Virus record (IMG/VR): IMGVR_UViG_3300023184_000036
Strand: one strand, 5' to 3'
Length of the DNA stretch: 64,000 bases
Source: a virus
The position numbers and the translations under genes were made by a program. This document shows positions 1 to 9,833 of this stretch, one piece after another. The notes under the pieces were generated by a model. The model searched no databases and was not told where the DNA came from. It saw only the letters and a list, made by a program, of their open reading frames with translations. The first letter of the stretch is position 1, and every line of letters starts with the position of its first letter.

Positions 1-116
1 ATATTGCAAATCGACCAGGCGTTTTGCACTCGCCTGATCGTTTGCATTTACTGTAAGTGAGAATTGCAGTGTTGGTGTATGAGGTCTTGTCACTACACCT
101 TTTATATCATACTGCT

Positions 117-1136
117 TCAACGACCACCACTCCTCATCACTGTAATCTCTGCAACACGTTGCCAACGAGAACCAACACTCTTACGAAGATCTGCCAACTT
201 AAGTGCGGTGCGAAGTGACATTTCACGGAACCGCTTGGCATTATCCTTCATAAACTGCAGAATTTCGTCCTGTTGCTCATCGGTAAAATCATAATCACGG
301 AACAATTCACCGCTGTTTGCAATTTGCCGAATACGAAGATATTTATCGTGTTCAGTGTCAAGCGTCAAGTCAATGTAATGGCAACGTGATTGCAATGCTT
401 CAAGATGGTCTTGCAGTTTCTTGCTACGGATATTCTCAAACTTCAAGTTAGTAATGAAGATAACACCACCCTTGAAGTCAAACTTGTTTGGAATACCTTG
501 CTTGTTCAAAAGTGAACTGTCAGCGTTCCAGTGAATTGTGCGGCGTTTACCGCTATCAAGTGCAGCCTTGAGAATGTTAAGTGCCAATTCATCCATCAAC
601 ACGCTATCGCAATCGTCAAACACAAGAACAGAACCGCTTTCGCTGAACTCATAAAGTTTAGCATACAGACCAAGTGCGGTCATAGCACCCTTGACAACTT
701 GATACTTTACACGGCCAGCAACTTCATCAAGAACACTAACTTGGTCAAGACGCTTATGAACACCATAGGACTTACCAACGCCAGGTGGACCAACAACGAT
801 CATAGCACGAACGTCACCTTCCTTGACAGCAGTTGTCATATCTTCAAGAATAGAGAAACGTTCAGCAATACGTTCAATAATCTGCTCGTCAGTTTCCTTG
901 ACTTTTGGTTGAACTGCTGTTTCGGTCATGGTAGGTGCTTCCTGATCTGTATATTCAATCATATGCTCACCGTCAAGTTGAATACGGCAACGTTTGCGGT
1001 TGAAAGGAATTGAACCATCCACTGAAATATACCCACTACGACCAACCTTGGTAAATGGGGTCAGTAGCGGAAATACGGTGTTTTCAACAGGCATACCGTT
1101 AAAAGTACCAGACTTAACGAGGACTGAGTTAGACAT
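117..1136 (-). CDS. P-loop (AAA-like) ATPase, conserved in large T4-like phages
   Basis: 339 aa; Walker A GPPGVGKS, Walker B VLVFDD, FITN sensor-like motif, SR arginine-finger-like; GGAG RBS. Confidence 0.8.
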   Translation of the reverse strand: MSNSVLVKSGTFNGMPVENTVFPLLTPFTKVGRSGYISVDGSIPFNRKRCRIQLDGEHMIEYTDQEAPTMTETAVQPKVKETDEQIIERIAERFSILEDMTTAVKEGDVRAMIVVGPPGVGKSYGVHKRLDQVSVLDEVAGRVKYQVVKGAMTALGLYAKLYEFSESGSVLVFDDCDSVLMDELALNILKAALDSGKRRTIHWNADSSLLNKQGIPNKFDFKGGVIFITNLKFENIRSKKLQDHLEALQSRCHYIDLTLDTEHDKYLRIRQIANSGELFRDYDFTDEQQDEILQFMKDNAKRFREMSLRTALKLADLRKSVGSRWQRVAEITVMRSGGR

Positions 1137-1166
1137 CTGTTTTCTCCATCAACAGGTTATATTGTG

Positions 1167-1194
1167 ATAATATCATAAAATTGGGGGTTGTCAA
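1167..1194 (-). promoter_or_regulatory. sigma70-type early promoter
   Basis: TTGACAACCCCCAATTTTATGATATTAT on the minus strand upstream of the ATPase. Confidence 0.65.
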
Positions 1195-1202
1195 GCACTT
1201 TT

Positions 1203-1529
1203 TTAAAGTGCGCCCGTCCAACGAATGCGGTCAAAAGTGCCGTCAATAACGTTACCACGGGCAAAGTTTTTGGCTGGTGCTTTCCAAGATGCGGCTTTAA
1301 GGATATCACCCATGCGGAATTTGCCAATATTGCCCTTGGCAATAAAGCAGTGGACGCTGTTACGTGATACAATCTTGATAAATTTGCTACCTTCTTCAAT
1401 GCGAAAACTATCATTATATTCTTGGATCATAGCCGCTACGTGTAGTAAATGGGCTTGATGTCCAGCCCAAGCCAAATAGTCAGCCTTGGCTTTTTCAATC
1501 AGTTGGATAATGCCAGTTTCAAAGTCCAT
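1203..1529 (-). CDS. conserved phage hypothetical protein
   Basis: GDILKAASWKAPAKNFARGN motif typical of a small phage family; start moved to MDFETG after the GGAG RBS. Confidence 0.7.
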   Translation of the reverse strand: MDFETGIIQLIEKAKADYLAWAGHQAHLLHVAAMIQEYNDSFRIEEGSKFIKIVSRNSVHCFIAKGNIGKFRMGDILKAASWKAPAKNFARGNVIDGTFDRIRWTGAL

Positions 1530-1559
1530 TGCAGTTCTCCGTTGCAATTTCTATATTAC

Positions 1560-1589
1560 CAATATAACACAGATTTAAGGGTTGTCAAG
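1560..1589 (-). promoter_or_regulatory. sigma70-type early promoter
   Basis: CTTGACAACCCTTAAATCTGTGTTATATTG, nearly identical to the copy at 41957-41987. Confidence 0.75.
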
Positions 1590-1776
1590 CATTATTTGCA
1601 ACAACCATGGCGTCATCATACCGCTCGTAAGCCATTGAAATTTCATCATAATTTGGCTCTGGCTGTGGGTCATTTTGGTGGATACGGGTCCATTCTTCCG
1701 CCAAAAATTGCTGAATTTCAGGGGAATTTGTATCGATTTGGGTGTCAAAATCTTGACGTTTTTCAAAACGGGTCAT
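1585..1776 (-). CDS. hypothetical protein (63 aa)
   Basis: ATG with GAGGAG RBS, preceded by a TTGACA...TATTAT promoter at ~1802-1829. Confidence 0.6.
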   Translation of the reverse strand: MTRFEKRQDFDTQIDTNSPEIQQFLAEEWTRIHQNDPQPEPNYDEISMAYERYDDAMVVANNA

Positions 1777-1861
1777 GTGTAACTCCTCTGCTTATATGTT
1801 CATAATAGCATAAATTAGGATTATGTCAAGTATATTTTTATAAATATTATTGGAGATAGAT

Positions 1862-2191
1862 ATGGCTATAAAATTACTATTTGACTTTACTAAGTCACAT
1901 TCAACAGAAACTTCTGAAATATATCACTTAATGGATCAAATGGATATTTTTGACCAAAATTTTTTAGATAATGGTATAATTCACTCTATCCAAAGTTCAT
2001 CCGATATAACTGGTGAAAACATACATGAACAAACCTATTATATTTTTGATTCACTAGCTAATTTTCAAAACTTTCTTGAATCTAAAAATAGTTCAGAAAT
2101 TGAGAATTTATGGAAATCTGTTTATGATGCTAGATTCAAAAAAGGGTTTTTAATGAAATTCTCTATCGATTATAATTATGTAATTGAATAA
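1862..2191 (+). CDS. hypothetical protein, AT-rich
   Basis: ORF after TATAAATA (1839-1846) and a GGAG RBS; ATG at 1862. Confidence 0.6.
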   Translation: MAIKLLFDFTKSHSTETSEIYHLMDQMDIFDQNFLDNGIIHSIQSSSDITGENIHEQTYYIFDSLANFQNFLESKNSSEIENLWKSVYDARFKKGFLMKFSIDYNYVIE

Positions 2192-2892
2192 TTGCTTCTA
2201 GCATAACGTTCACGATAATGACGTTCACCTGGTTCTAAACTACGAGCCAACTCTACATAATCTGGACCCTTACTATGCAACCAAGCCTCGTGGTCAAAAC
2301 GCCAATGAGGATTAGTTGGATGACGGGTAAACTGTGTAAAGTTATGATTTAATCTATCTTCTGGATGTGCAATAGGTTCTAACTTAGCAACATAATCACT
2401 CTTTGCCCACCAGAAATTACCAGCAAAGTGTGGCCATGGGGCAGTATTGTAATTTGTTCCAACAGCTTCTGCACCTTCACCAAGTGCTTCAACATTATCA
2501 CGCCACTTCTCAATCGTTGCCCAATTCATAAAGTCACGCCAATCACCAACGTTTGGATCACCATAACGTAACAAACCTTTAAGATGAATATAACAAATAT
2601 GATAAGGTTGACTTGCTTCACGTGCTTGTTGTAACATATACATCAATGTTGGCCATTCATGATAAGCAGCATCTTTGTTGACGCTTGCAAGTTTAAGTTT
2701 GCCTGTTGAGTCATTAATATTCTTTGTTGACAACCAATTAGTAAAGGTCCAAGGTTGACCATTCATACAGATATGGATTTCACTGGCTGCATCCCATAAT
2801 CCAGATTTTTCAATTAAGTCCCATTGTTGGTCCATTACTTGGTTCCAACCGCCTAGTTCATTTACATGCCAGAAAATCTTGATCGGTGTCAT
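2176..2892 (-). CDS. glycosyltransferase-like hypothetical protein
   Basis: 238 aa; YIHLKG, HFAGNFWWA and E.W motifs seen in phage/virus GT-like proteins; lies at the edge of the sugar cluster. Confidence 0.55.
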   Translation of the reverse strand: MTPIKIFWHVNELGGWNQVMDQQWDLIEKSGLWDAASEIHICMNGQPWTFTNWLSTKNINDSTGKLKLASVNKDAAYHEWPTLMYMLQQAREASQPYHICYIHLKGLLRYGDPNVGDWRDFMNWATIEKWRDNVEALGEGAEAVGTNYNTAPWPHFAGNFWWAKSDYVAKLEPIAHPEDRLNHNFTQFTRHPTNPHWRFDHEAWLHSKGPDYVELARSLEPGERHYRERYARSNYSIT

Positions 2893-2911
2893 TTTATTAC
2901 CTTGTTGATGT

Positions 2912-2985
2912 TGGTGGAGAATATCAGAGTCGAACTGATGAATCCGCCTTGCAAAGGCGGCGGTTTTCCACTAGCCTAATTCCCC
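2912..2985 (-). tRNA. tRNA-Ala(TGC)
   Basis: cloverleaf; acceptor GGGGAAT/ATTCTCC with G3:U70; anticodon stem CCGCC/GGCGG, loop TTTGCAA; GTTCGAC T-loop; encoded CCA. Confidence 0.92.
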
Positions 2986-3027
2986 ACTAGATAATAATAT
3001 ATATCCAGACATAATACATGTCAAGAA

Positions 3028-3222
3028 AAAACCCCTGCGTGGCCCATTTTAGTTACACCAGAGGCAGAGGTTTTAATAGTAGCCATCATCGGAATGATAA
3101 GACCAACCCAACGAATTGAATTGGGGGGTTAAGCTAGTTATAAGATCAGTAAAAAACGTATTCCGTTAGTTGCACACACTCGTCAGAGGAGTGGTTATAG
3201 AATAAATTTATAAACTGATAAT
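3028..3222 (-). ncRNA. candidate structured non-coding RNA
   Basis: ~190 nt with no ORF in the track, downstream of a TAAATA motif; several hairpins ending in AAAACCTCTGC...GCAGGGGTTTTTT. Confidence 0.35.
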
Positions 3223-3223
3223 A

Positions 3224-3415
3224 TTATTTAACACTTTTTATTACGTCAATCAATAAACTTTTAAATTCTTCTTTTGCTGGTAAAAAAACTTGTTCACGAA
3301 TTTGATTACGATGTCTATAATTACTATACTTTTCTTCTTCCCACATATCATCTTGGGCATCAATCATCTTTTCCATAGCAATCAACATTTTTTCTAATAG
3401 TTCGTCTGTTGTCAT
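3224..3415 (-). CDS. hypothetical protein; paralog of 43954-44175
   Basis: 63 aa; shared pattern E..(I/V)DA.DD.W...IR..V...AK..FK. Confidence 0.65.
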   Translation of the reverse strand: MTTDELLEKMLIAMEKMIDAQDDMWEEEKYSNYRHRNQIREQVFLPAKEEFKSLLIDVIKSVK

Positions 3416-3422
3416 TTTATCC

Positions 3423-4154
3423 TCATAATGATAAGAAACTTTGTGAACGGTCTATCCATTCTAATACTAAATCTTTTTCGTCAAAATTATCAATAGCACT
3501 TAATTTAGCATCTAAACAATATGGCAATCTACCTGTATCTTTCAATTCATATAAACTTCTATACACACGTGGTTCATCAGTAGTTTTATAAACAGCAGCA
3601 CGTAACCAACGATTTTGTTTATCAAACTGAAAATGTGCATTACGACAATCAAAACCAGCACTTGCTAATTGAACAATAAGACTGCTCATTGTATAAACAT
3701 GATACATTCCATTTACCATATTAACGTTTACAGTATTGTGTTGTATATGTTGACTTATAGAAAGTGAATATGGAATTTCAACTATTAATAATCCATCTTT
3801 TTGTAACAACTTATGCCAATGAAATAATGTAGCAACAGGATTTAAAGCATGATGCAATGCGTTGTGACACCAAATAAGGTCTTGCGAAGGTAACTCTATA
3901 GTAGAGAAATCTTCAAATATCCACTTCATTCCTTGAACAGTTTGTATGTTATGCGGTGGTGCTACTTCCACAGCAGTAACATTAAAATTATACTTTTGCC
4001 CATCTGGACTTACAAGCGATGCCCACCATACAGCATCATAACCCATACCAGCCCCCATAACACAAATATTATCTAATCCCATAAGATAATCATCTAACAT
4101 AGACAAATAATTTAGTGTTACAAGACTATGGGAATGGCTTTCTTGAGGTGTCAT
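3423..4154 (-). CDS. class I SAM-dependent methyltransferase
   Basis: VMGAGMG motif I; DLIWCHNALHH; LQKDGLLIVEIP. Confidence 0.75.
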   Translation of the reverse strand: MTPQESHSHSLVTLNYLSMLDDYLMGLDNICVMGAGMGYDAVWWASLVSPDGQKYNFNVTAVEVAPPHNIQTVQGMKWIFEDFSTIELPSQDLIWCHNALHHALNPVATLFHWHKLLQKDGLLIVEIPYSLSISQHIQHNTVNVNMVNGMYHVYTMSSLIVQLASAGFDCRNAHFQFDKQNRWLRAAVYKTTDEPRVYRSLYELKDTGRLPYCLDAKLSAIDNFDEKDLVLEWIDRSQSFLSL

Positions 4155-4206
4155 TGGGTGTCCGTTAAATATTGCTATAGATTATATAGTAGGATATTAT
4201 TAGGGT

Positions 4207-5004
4207 ATGAAAATTTTAATCACGGGCAGCAACGGATTTATTGGTAGTTATTTGTGCAAGTATTATGCCGAATATGGTCATCAAGTTATACAATTACATC
4301 GTGGAGTCTGTGATTTAGAAGATAGTGAGAGTGTTAGAAATTTCTTTACTGCAAATCCATGCAATACTGTAATTCACACAGCACTATGGGGTCGTGAATT
4401 AGTTCGCAGTGATAATCCAGAAGTATATGACCGCAACTGGAAAATTTGGCAAAATCTATTAAGTAATCGTGACAAGTTTCAACAATTTATTAATATTGGA
4501 ACAGGTATGGAGTATGATGGTGGACGAGACATCAAATATGCTGATGAAGATGATGCCTTATATGTGGAGCCTACTGCTCCTTATGATAGGGTTAAAAACG
4601 ATATATCTCGTGCTATTCATAATCTACCATCTTTTTATACACTTCGTTTATTCGGAGTAGCACATTATACAGAAGGTAATCGTTTCTTTAATAGACTATT
4701 AAATGAACCAACATTTACAATTAATGAAGATCGTGAATATGATTATTTTAATTTAGAAGATCTACCAACCGTAATAGATTTAATTTTAGATAATAAAATA
4801 CAACATAAAGCAATAAATTGTGTTTATGAACAGAAATATAAATTAAGTCAACTTGCAAAATTATTCTGTGATATTAAAATGCTTGATTATAAAAAAGTGC
4901 AAGTATTAGAAACTAGTAATAAAAATTATACTGGAAGCAATGACAGATTAAAAAGTTATAATATGCCACTACTTGGTTTAGAATTAGCCATGCTTCGGTT
5001 TTAA
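4207..5004 (+). CDS. NAD-dependent epimerase/dehydratase (extended SDR), possible NDP-4-keto-sugar reductase
   Basis: ITGSNGFIG Rossmann motif; YDRVK (YxxxK). Confidence 0.8.
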   Translation: MKILITGSNGFIGSYLCKYYAEYGHQVIQLHRGVCDLEDSESVRNFFTANPCNTVIHTALWGRELVRSDNPEVYDRNWKIWQNLLSNRDKFQQFINIGTGMEYDGGRDIKYADEDDALYVEPTAPYDRVKNDISRAIHNLPSFYTLRLFGVAHYTEGNRFFNRLLNEPTFTINEDREYDYFNLEDLPTVIDLILDNKIQHKAINCVYEQKYKLSQLAKLFCDIKMLDYKKVQVLETSNKNYTGSNDRLKSYNMPLLGLELAMLRF

Positions 5005-5991
5005 TTTACCGTTTTCATCAAACAAGATTTCAGCAAAACGTTTTTTGCATGATTCACCATTCCATGCTTGTTGCATTTTAGCAACTTGATCAACACCAAT
5101 TTCAATTGCTTGCTTAAAACTTGTTTGTGGATATGGTGGAATATATTGGTGAATATGACGGAAGGCATGGTCACCACTGCACAACATAGGGCGACCAACC
5201 ATAAGTGCTTGGTCAGTAGCACTGCTAATACCAGTTGTATTACGAGCATAGAAGAACACGTTTAATGTATTCTGTGACAACCATTCTAACAACTCTTGGT
5301 CACTGAAATAGTTTTCAGTAAGTTGTATTTCAATGCCAGGTTTTGCAATAGGTAAACACTGTGTAGCAACTTCCATACGAGCATAACCGCCAACATCACC
5401 ATAGTAACTACCAGGTGCATAGTTCATTCTTATAATTGCACGATCAAATTCTTCATTAACTGCACGAACAAGATTACCAAGGTTTCTACCATGACCAGCA
5501 AGACCGTATGTTCCAATAACTGGTATTTCTTTTTCTACATATGGTTGAACCTTTGCAGTGCCAAGTGGACGTGGAAATGCATAGAAACGCTTGTCATGAA
5601 AATCAGCGGTTGGGTCTACCCAAAAATAAGCATCAAAATCATCAATGTTTACACCTTCTAAACCAGCATATGGATTGTTCGGAAAACCTTCAAAGTGAAA
5701 GCAGAACTTCATACCTGGCAAGTTCTTACAAATCATTTCACTGCGAACACCGCTTTGGTCACGCATGGTAGAGATATGATAGTTAAAGAAATAAGCATCA
5801 TATGGTTCTTTTTCTTCACCACGATGAATAACTTTACCGCTATTAAGTGCGGATATATCTAAATCATTTGTTTCAAAATAATCCATAGTATAATTTGCAC
5901 CGTCTTTAAGAACATTATGCAACATTCTACCAATAGTGCTCATACTGCAAGCACCACGATCTTTGTTTATAAGTGCAAATTTATAGGTCAT
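4984..5991 (-). CDS. glycosyltransferase-like protein (paralog 1 of 3)
   Basis: PVIGTYG...EEFDRAIIR...WLSQNTLNVFFY...DQALMVGRP; GT-B-like C-terminal signature. Confidence 0.6.
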   Translation of the reverse strand: MTYKFALINKDRGACSMSTIGRMLHNVLKDGANYTMDYFETNDLDISALNSGKVIHRGEEKEPYDAYFFNYHISTMRDQSGVRSEMICKNLPGMKFCFHFEGFPNNPYAGLEGVNIDDFDAYFWVDPTADFHDKRFYAFPRPLGTAKVQPYVEKEIPVIGTYGLAGHGRNLGNLVRAVNEEFDRAIIRMNYAPGSYYGDVGGYARMEVATQCLPIAKPGIEIQLTENYFSDQELLEWLSQNTLNVFFYARNTTGISSATDQALMVGRPMLCSGDHAFRHIHQYIPPYPQTSFKQAIEIGVDQVAKMQQAWNGESCKKRFAEILFDENGKLKPKHG

Positions 5992-6968
5992 AAACCAATC
6001 CTTTTGAATATTTTAGTAAAGTCTTCATGTATTTGTTCTGGTGTAAATCTTTTGTGAACTGGTTCCCATGGTTTAGTTCCGTGTGCTATGATTTGTTTTA
6101 ATGATGAATTTTCAACAATAATAGTTGGTTCTAAATTCCAATAACTTTTGAACTGATGGCTTTTAGTAATTGCAATAGGACGACGAGCAGCAATAGCATA
6201 ATCAATACTACCACTCATACCAGCACCATCAAGATAATCATAGAAATAACAATTAACAGTATTTTGTGCCAACCAGTTTACAATACCTTGTTCATCAAGC
6301 CAATCATTGCTGACCTCTACTTTGATATTAGGTTTTGTAATAATGGAATTTACCTGTGCAAGAATTTGTGGTCCATATGTATTTTTTGGTTGTGTAAAGA
6401 ATCCATCTGGCATATGTAGTCGTATAATAGCTTCATCGAACTCATGTTGAACTTGTGCTGCAATTCTATGAACACCCTTCCATGGTGCAGGAAATCCTTG
6501 CCATCCAATTACAGGTATATTTTGCTCAACATATTCTACTGTTGGTGTTTTTGCAGGTAAATGATTTACAACAAATACACCTTCATTCTGTGGAACGCTT
6601 TCATCATATGTCATCATATATTGCCATATAGGATGCGTATATGGATTCCATTGTTCAGCAAATTGTTTGGCTTGATCATAAACAATACAAATGCATTTAA
6701 TATCTGGATATAATCCACGTAGACTCATTGATTCAATCCACGGATTAACACCTTTATGAAAATTAAAAATAACTAAATTTGGTTTGTAGTCTAATATCTT
6801 TTTGCTACACTCATCAATACTGTCAGTATAAATTGTTTCAATTTTATAAAGTGGATGTTTATCCAAAATATTTGCTAATAATGAACCCGTTAAACTGACA
6901 CCACATCTACCACGATCATTTTCATCTGTGATTGGTGTAGTAACATATAATATCTTTGCATTATTCAT
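5988..6968 (-). CDS. glycosyltransferase-like protein (paralog 2 of 3)
   Basis: PVIGWQGF...KG...HEFDEAIIR...WLAQNTVNCYFY...DYAIAARRPIA. Confidence 0.6.
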   Translation of the reverse strand: MNNAKILYVTTPITDENDRGRCGVSLTGSLLANILDKHPLYKIETIYTDSIDECSKKILDYKPNLVIFNFHKGVNPWIESMSLRGLYPDIKCICIVYDQAKQFAEQWNPYTHPIWQYMMTYDESVPQNEGVFVVNHLPAKTPTVEYVEQNIPVIGWQGFPAPWKGVHRIAAQVQHEFDEAIIRLHMPDGFFTQPKNTYGPQILAQVNSIITKPNIKVEVSNDWLDEQGIVNWLAQNTVNCYFYDYLDGAGMSGSIDYAIAARRPIAITKSHQFKSYWNLEPTIIVENSSLKQIIAHGTKPWEPVHKRFTPEQIHEDFTKIFKRIGL

Positions 6969-7929
6969 TTGCTTGTTTTACCTGTTCTGCAATCCAATGA
7001 TATGTTTTGCTTATACCACCATATAAATCTTGTGGCGGAACCCAACCAAGTTTTTCACGAATTAAATCATTATTACTATTTCGTCCACGCACACCTTGTG
7101 GACCAGGTATGTGTTTTATTGTAATTGTTTTATCAGCAATACCACTTACCATAAGAACAAGATTATTAATACTAATGAGATGGTCACTACCAATGTTAAC
7201 TGGACCTTCAAAGTCACTGTCCATAAGGCGCATAATACCCTCTACACAATCATCCACATGTAAGAAACTACGAGTTTGTTCGCCATCTCCCCATATTTCA
7301 ATCTCGCCACCTTCTGGAGCCATAGCAACTTTACGGCAGATAGCGGCTGCGGCTTTTTCTTTTCCACCTTGCCAAGTTCCATATTCACCAAATATATTAT
7401 GAAAACGTGCTATACGATTACGCATACCATACTGACGATTATATGTAAGATAAAGGCGTTCACTGAACAGTTTTTCCCAACCATATTCACTATCTGGGTG
7501 AGCGGGATAAGCAGTGTGTTCACGACAGTCTGGATGTTCTGTGTCCATTTGGTTGTGTTCATTATAAACACAAGCACTACTACTAAAAAATACTTGTTCT
7601 ACGCCATTGCGGTGTGCGGCAGTTACAACATTAAGATTAATCTTTGCGCTGTTGTTCATTACTTCTGCATCATTAACACCAGCGTTGATATAACCAGCAC
7701 CACCCATATCAGCGGCAAGCTGAAATACACGGTCAACTTTACGATCAATAATAAAATCAACAACGTTTGGATTGCGACAGTCACCAATAAAGAACTCATC
7801 ACATGCACTTGATGCAAATTCTGGTTGTTTTAAATCAACACCACGAACCCAATAACCATCTGCTTTAAGACGCTTGGCAACATGACTGCCAATAAATCCA
7901 CCTGCACCTATTACAATTGCTGTTTTCAT
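6961..7929 (-). CDS. GDP-mannose 3,5-epimerase-like SDR
   Basis: GAGGFIGSH, LAADMGGAGYI, SSSACVY, YGWEKL, GGKEKA, GVRGRNS motifs characteristic of GME; start MKTAIV at 7929. Confidence 0.85.
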   Translation of the reverse strand: MKTAIVIGAGGFIGSHVAKRLKADGYWVRGVDLKQPEFASSACDEFFIGDCRNPNVVDFIIDRKVDRVFQLAADMGGAGYINAGVNDAEVMNNSAKINLNVVTAAHRNGVEQVFFSSSACVYNEHNQMDTEHPDCREHTAYPAHPDSEYGWEKLFSERLYLTYNRQYGMRNRIARFHNIFGEYGTWQGGKEKAAAAICRKVAMAPEGGEIEIWGDGEQTRSFLHVDDCVEGIMRLMDSDFEGPVNIGSDHLISINNLVLMVSGIADKTITIKHIPGPQGVRGRNSNNDLIREKLGWVPPQDLYGGISKTYHWIAEQVKQANE

Positions 7930-7930
7930 T

Positions 7931-8911
7931 TTATTCCTCGTTGTCAAATATAATTTCTGTAAGTCGTTCAATGCAACGTTGTTGACTCCAATCCTGTTGA
8001 ATCTGTCGCACATAATCAACACCATTTTCAATGGTTTCACGCAGACTCATTTCTGGATATGGCTTTTGATATTGTAAGACATGCCTAAATGTTGGATTGT
8101 TTACTACAGCAATAGGACGACCACTTGCTATTGCTTGGTCAGGTGCAGCCGCAATGCCTAAAATATGACGTTGATAGAAGAAAGCATTTACGGTATTACG
8201 ACTGCACCAATCTATAAGTTCATCATTGCTGTAGAAATTATGTGTAATCTGTAATTCAACATTGTCACGTGCAGCGGCACGACATTGTTGTAAAACTTGA
8301 TTTAGTAATGATTTGTTTTGGTCACTATATGCTGCTTGTGGTAGGTTAATACGCACAATAGATTTTTCAAACTCTTCACTTGCTGCCTTGACAATAAGAT
8401 CAAATCCTTTGTCTACCGTTACATAACCATAGCATCCAATAACAGGAACTTCTGGAACATACTTGTAACCTGGTACAATTTTAGGAAGCACACGTGGAAA
8501 AGAGTGGAAGCGTGGATTACCAAACTTTTTTGTAGGATCAAGAACAATGTAACCATTAAAACTATCAGGAACATTGTCTACAACTGGATTAGCATCATCA
8601 CGGATTTCTTCAACTACCATGCAATAGTTTACACCAGGAAACTTATAGAACTGTGTGCAATCAATACCTTCCATTTCACGCATAGTATATGGATGATAGT
8701 TCCAAATGATAGCATCGTATTGTGGTGGACTACGACCATCAGGTCCATAAATGCGACCATTATGAAGTTCCATACGATTTAAGTAATTTACTTCCGCATA
8801 ATCCATTTTCCAATGTGGCGAGTTTTCCATTAAATTAAAAAATGTCAAACCCTTTTCATAAATTGAGCAGTTTGCTTCACGTGTATTAACGAATAAAAAT
8901 CTATGTTTCAT
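7931..8911 (-). CDS. glycosyltransferase-like protein (paralog 3 of 3)
   Basis: PVIGCYGY...KG...EEFEKSIVR...WCSRNTVNAFFY...DQAIASGRPIA. Confidence 0.6.
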   Translation of the reverse strand: MKHRFLFVNTREANCSIYEKGLTFFNLMENSPHWKMDYAEVNYLNRMELHNGRIYGPDGRSPPQYDAIIWNYHPYTMREMEGIDCTQFYKFPGVNYCMVVEEIRDDANPVVDNVPDSFNGYIVLDPTKKFGNPRFHSFPRVLPKIVPGYKYVPEVPVIGCYGYVTVDKGFDLIVKAASEEFEKSIVRINLPQAAYSDQNKSLLNQVLQQCRAAARDNVELQITHNFYSNDELIDWCSRNTVNAFFYQRHILGIAAAPDQAIASGRPIAVVNNPTFRHVLQYQKPYPEMSLRETIENGVDYVRQIQQDWSQQRCIERLTEIIFDNEE

Positions 8912-8912
8912 A

Positions 8913-9830
8913 TTACTTTTCTATATGGTAACCGCTTGTTTGTTTATTGTTCTTGATATCATCAATTGCACGTTCAATAATACGAACAGCAGGACTTGAA
9001 AATGTTGTATTGCTAAAACGGAAGTCTGCCGCAATGTCAAGACCATAAGGCAACAAGTCTTCTGGCTTATGACTAAAGTTTACAAATACTTTATTCTTAT
9101 CAAGCAAGTTTTGTTTTGTATTAGCATAAGTGAATGGACCACTATTCTTTCCAACAATAAGATTTACTTTTGTTGAAAGATATGAAATATCACAAAGATC
9201 ACATGTGTCACTAAAGATATCACCTGTAAAAAAAATGTTATCAAGTTTGGTTTCAAACTTCTCTGTTGCAACTATTGTATCATTCTTATGATTTTCAGCA
9301 ACATATTCAATAATACTTTTCATATTATCCATACTACTTTGCTTACTTGCTACTGCACTATTACAGAACAGATAAACATTACCTACCAACTCACTATTAT
9401 TATCTACAGCGGCAGTATTATACTTGCTATAATCAATTTCTGGAACATAATCCCATACATCATTACTTAACTTAAGGTCAATGCCAAATTGCTGACGAAG
9501 ATTGTTGTAGCACTCACCAATGATACGATGATGGCTGATATAACTTGGGTGAGTGTTTGGCCAAAGACCCATGTAACTACCTACCCAAGTATTGATAAGG
9601 ATAGTATCTTCATCAACACCAAAACGCTTCCACTGATCAATGCCATCAAGCACTGCTTGATTGTTTTCTGCATCAAGTGTTTCTGCAAGGTCAATGATTG
9701 CACGTGGATTTTTCTTATGTGCATAATAAAAGTTAGATTCTGGCAATTGACGCTTGATATCGGCAACCCATCCTCGTGTAGAGAATAGGTCACCGTAATG
9801 CCAATGGTTAAAGAATACTATGTTTTCCAT
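8913..9830 (-). CDS. hypothetical protein, possibly GT9-like glycosyltransferase
   Basis: N-terminal HYGDLF...IKRQLPES and C-terminal LIVGKNSGP resemble heptosyltransferase-type GT-B motifs. Confidence 0.45.
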   Translation of the reverse strand: MENIVFFNHWHYGDLFSTRGWVADIKRQLPESNFYYAHKKNPRAIIDLAETLDAENNQAVLDGIDQWKRFGVDEDTILINTWVGSYMGLWPNTHPSYISHHRIIGECYNNLRQQFGIDLKLSNDVWDYVPEIDYSKYNTAAVDNNSELVGNVYLFCNSAVASKQSSMDNMKSIIEYVAENHKNDTIVATEKFETKLDNIFFTGDIFSDTCDLCDISYLSTKVNLIVGKNSGPFTYANTKQNLLDKNKVFVNFSHKPEDLLPYGLDIAADFRFSNTTFSSPAVRIIERAIDDIKNNKQTSGYHIEK

Positions 9831-9833
9831 AGA

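Noticed and set aside
3150-3195. Hammerhead ribozyme suggested by CTGACGA on the minus strand
   Set aside because: No properly placed stem II-GAAA or cleavage-site helix could be found.
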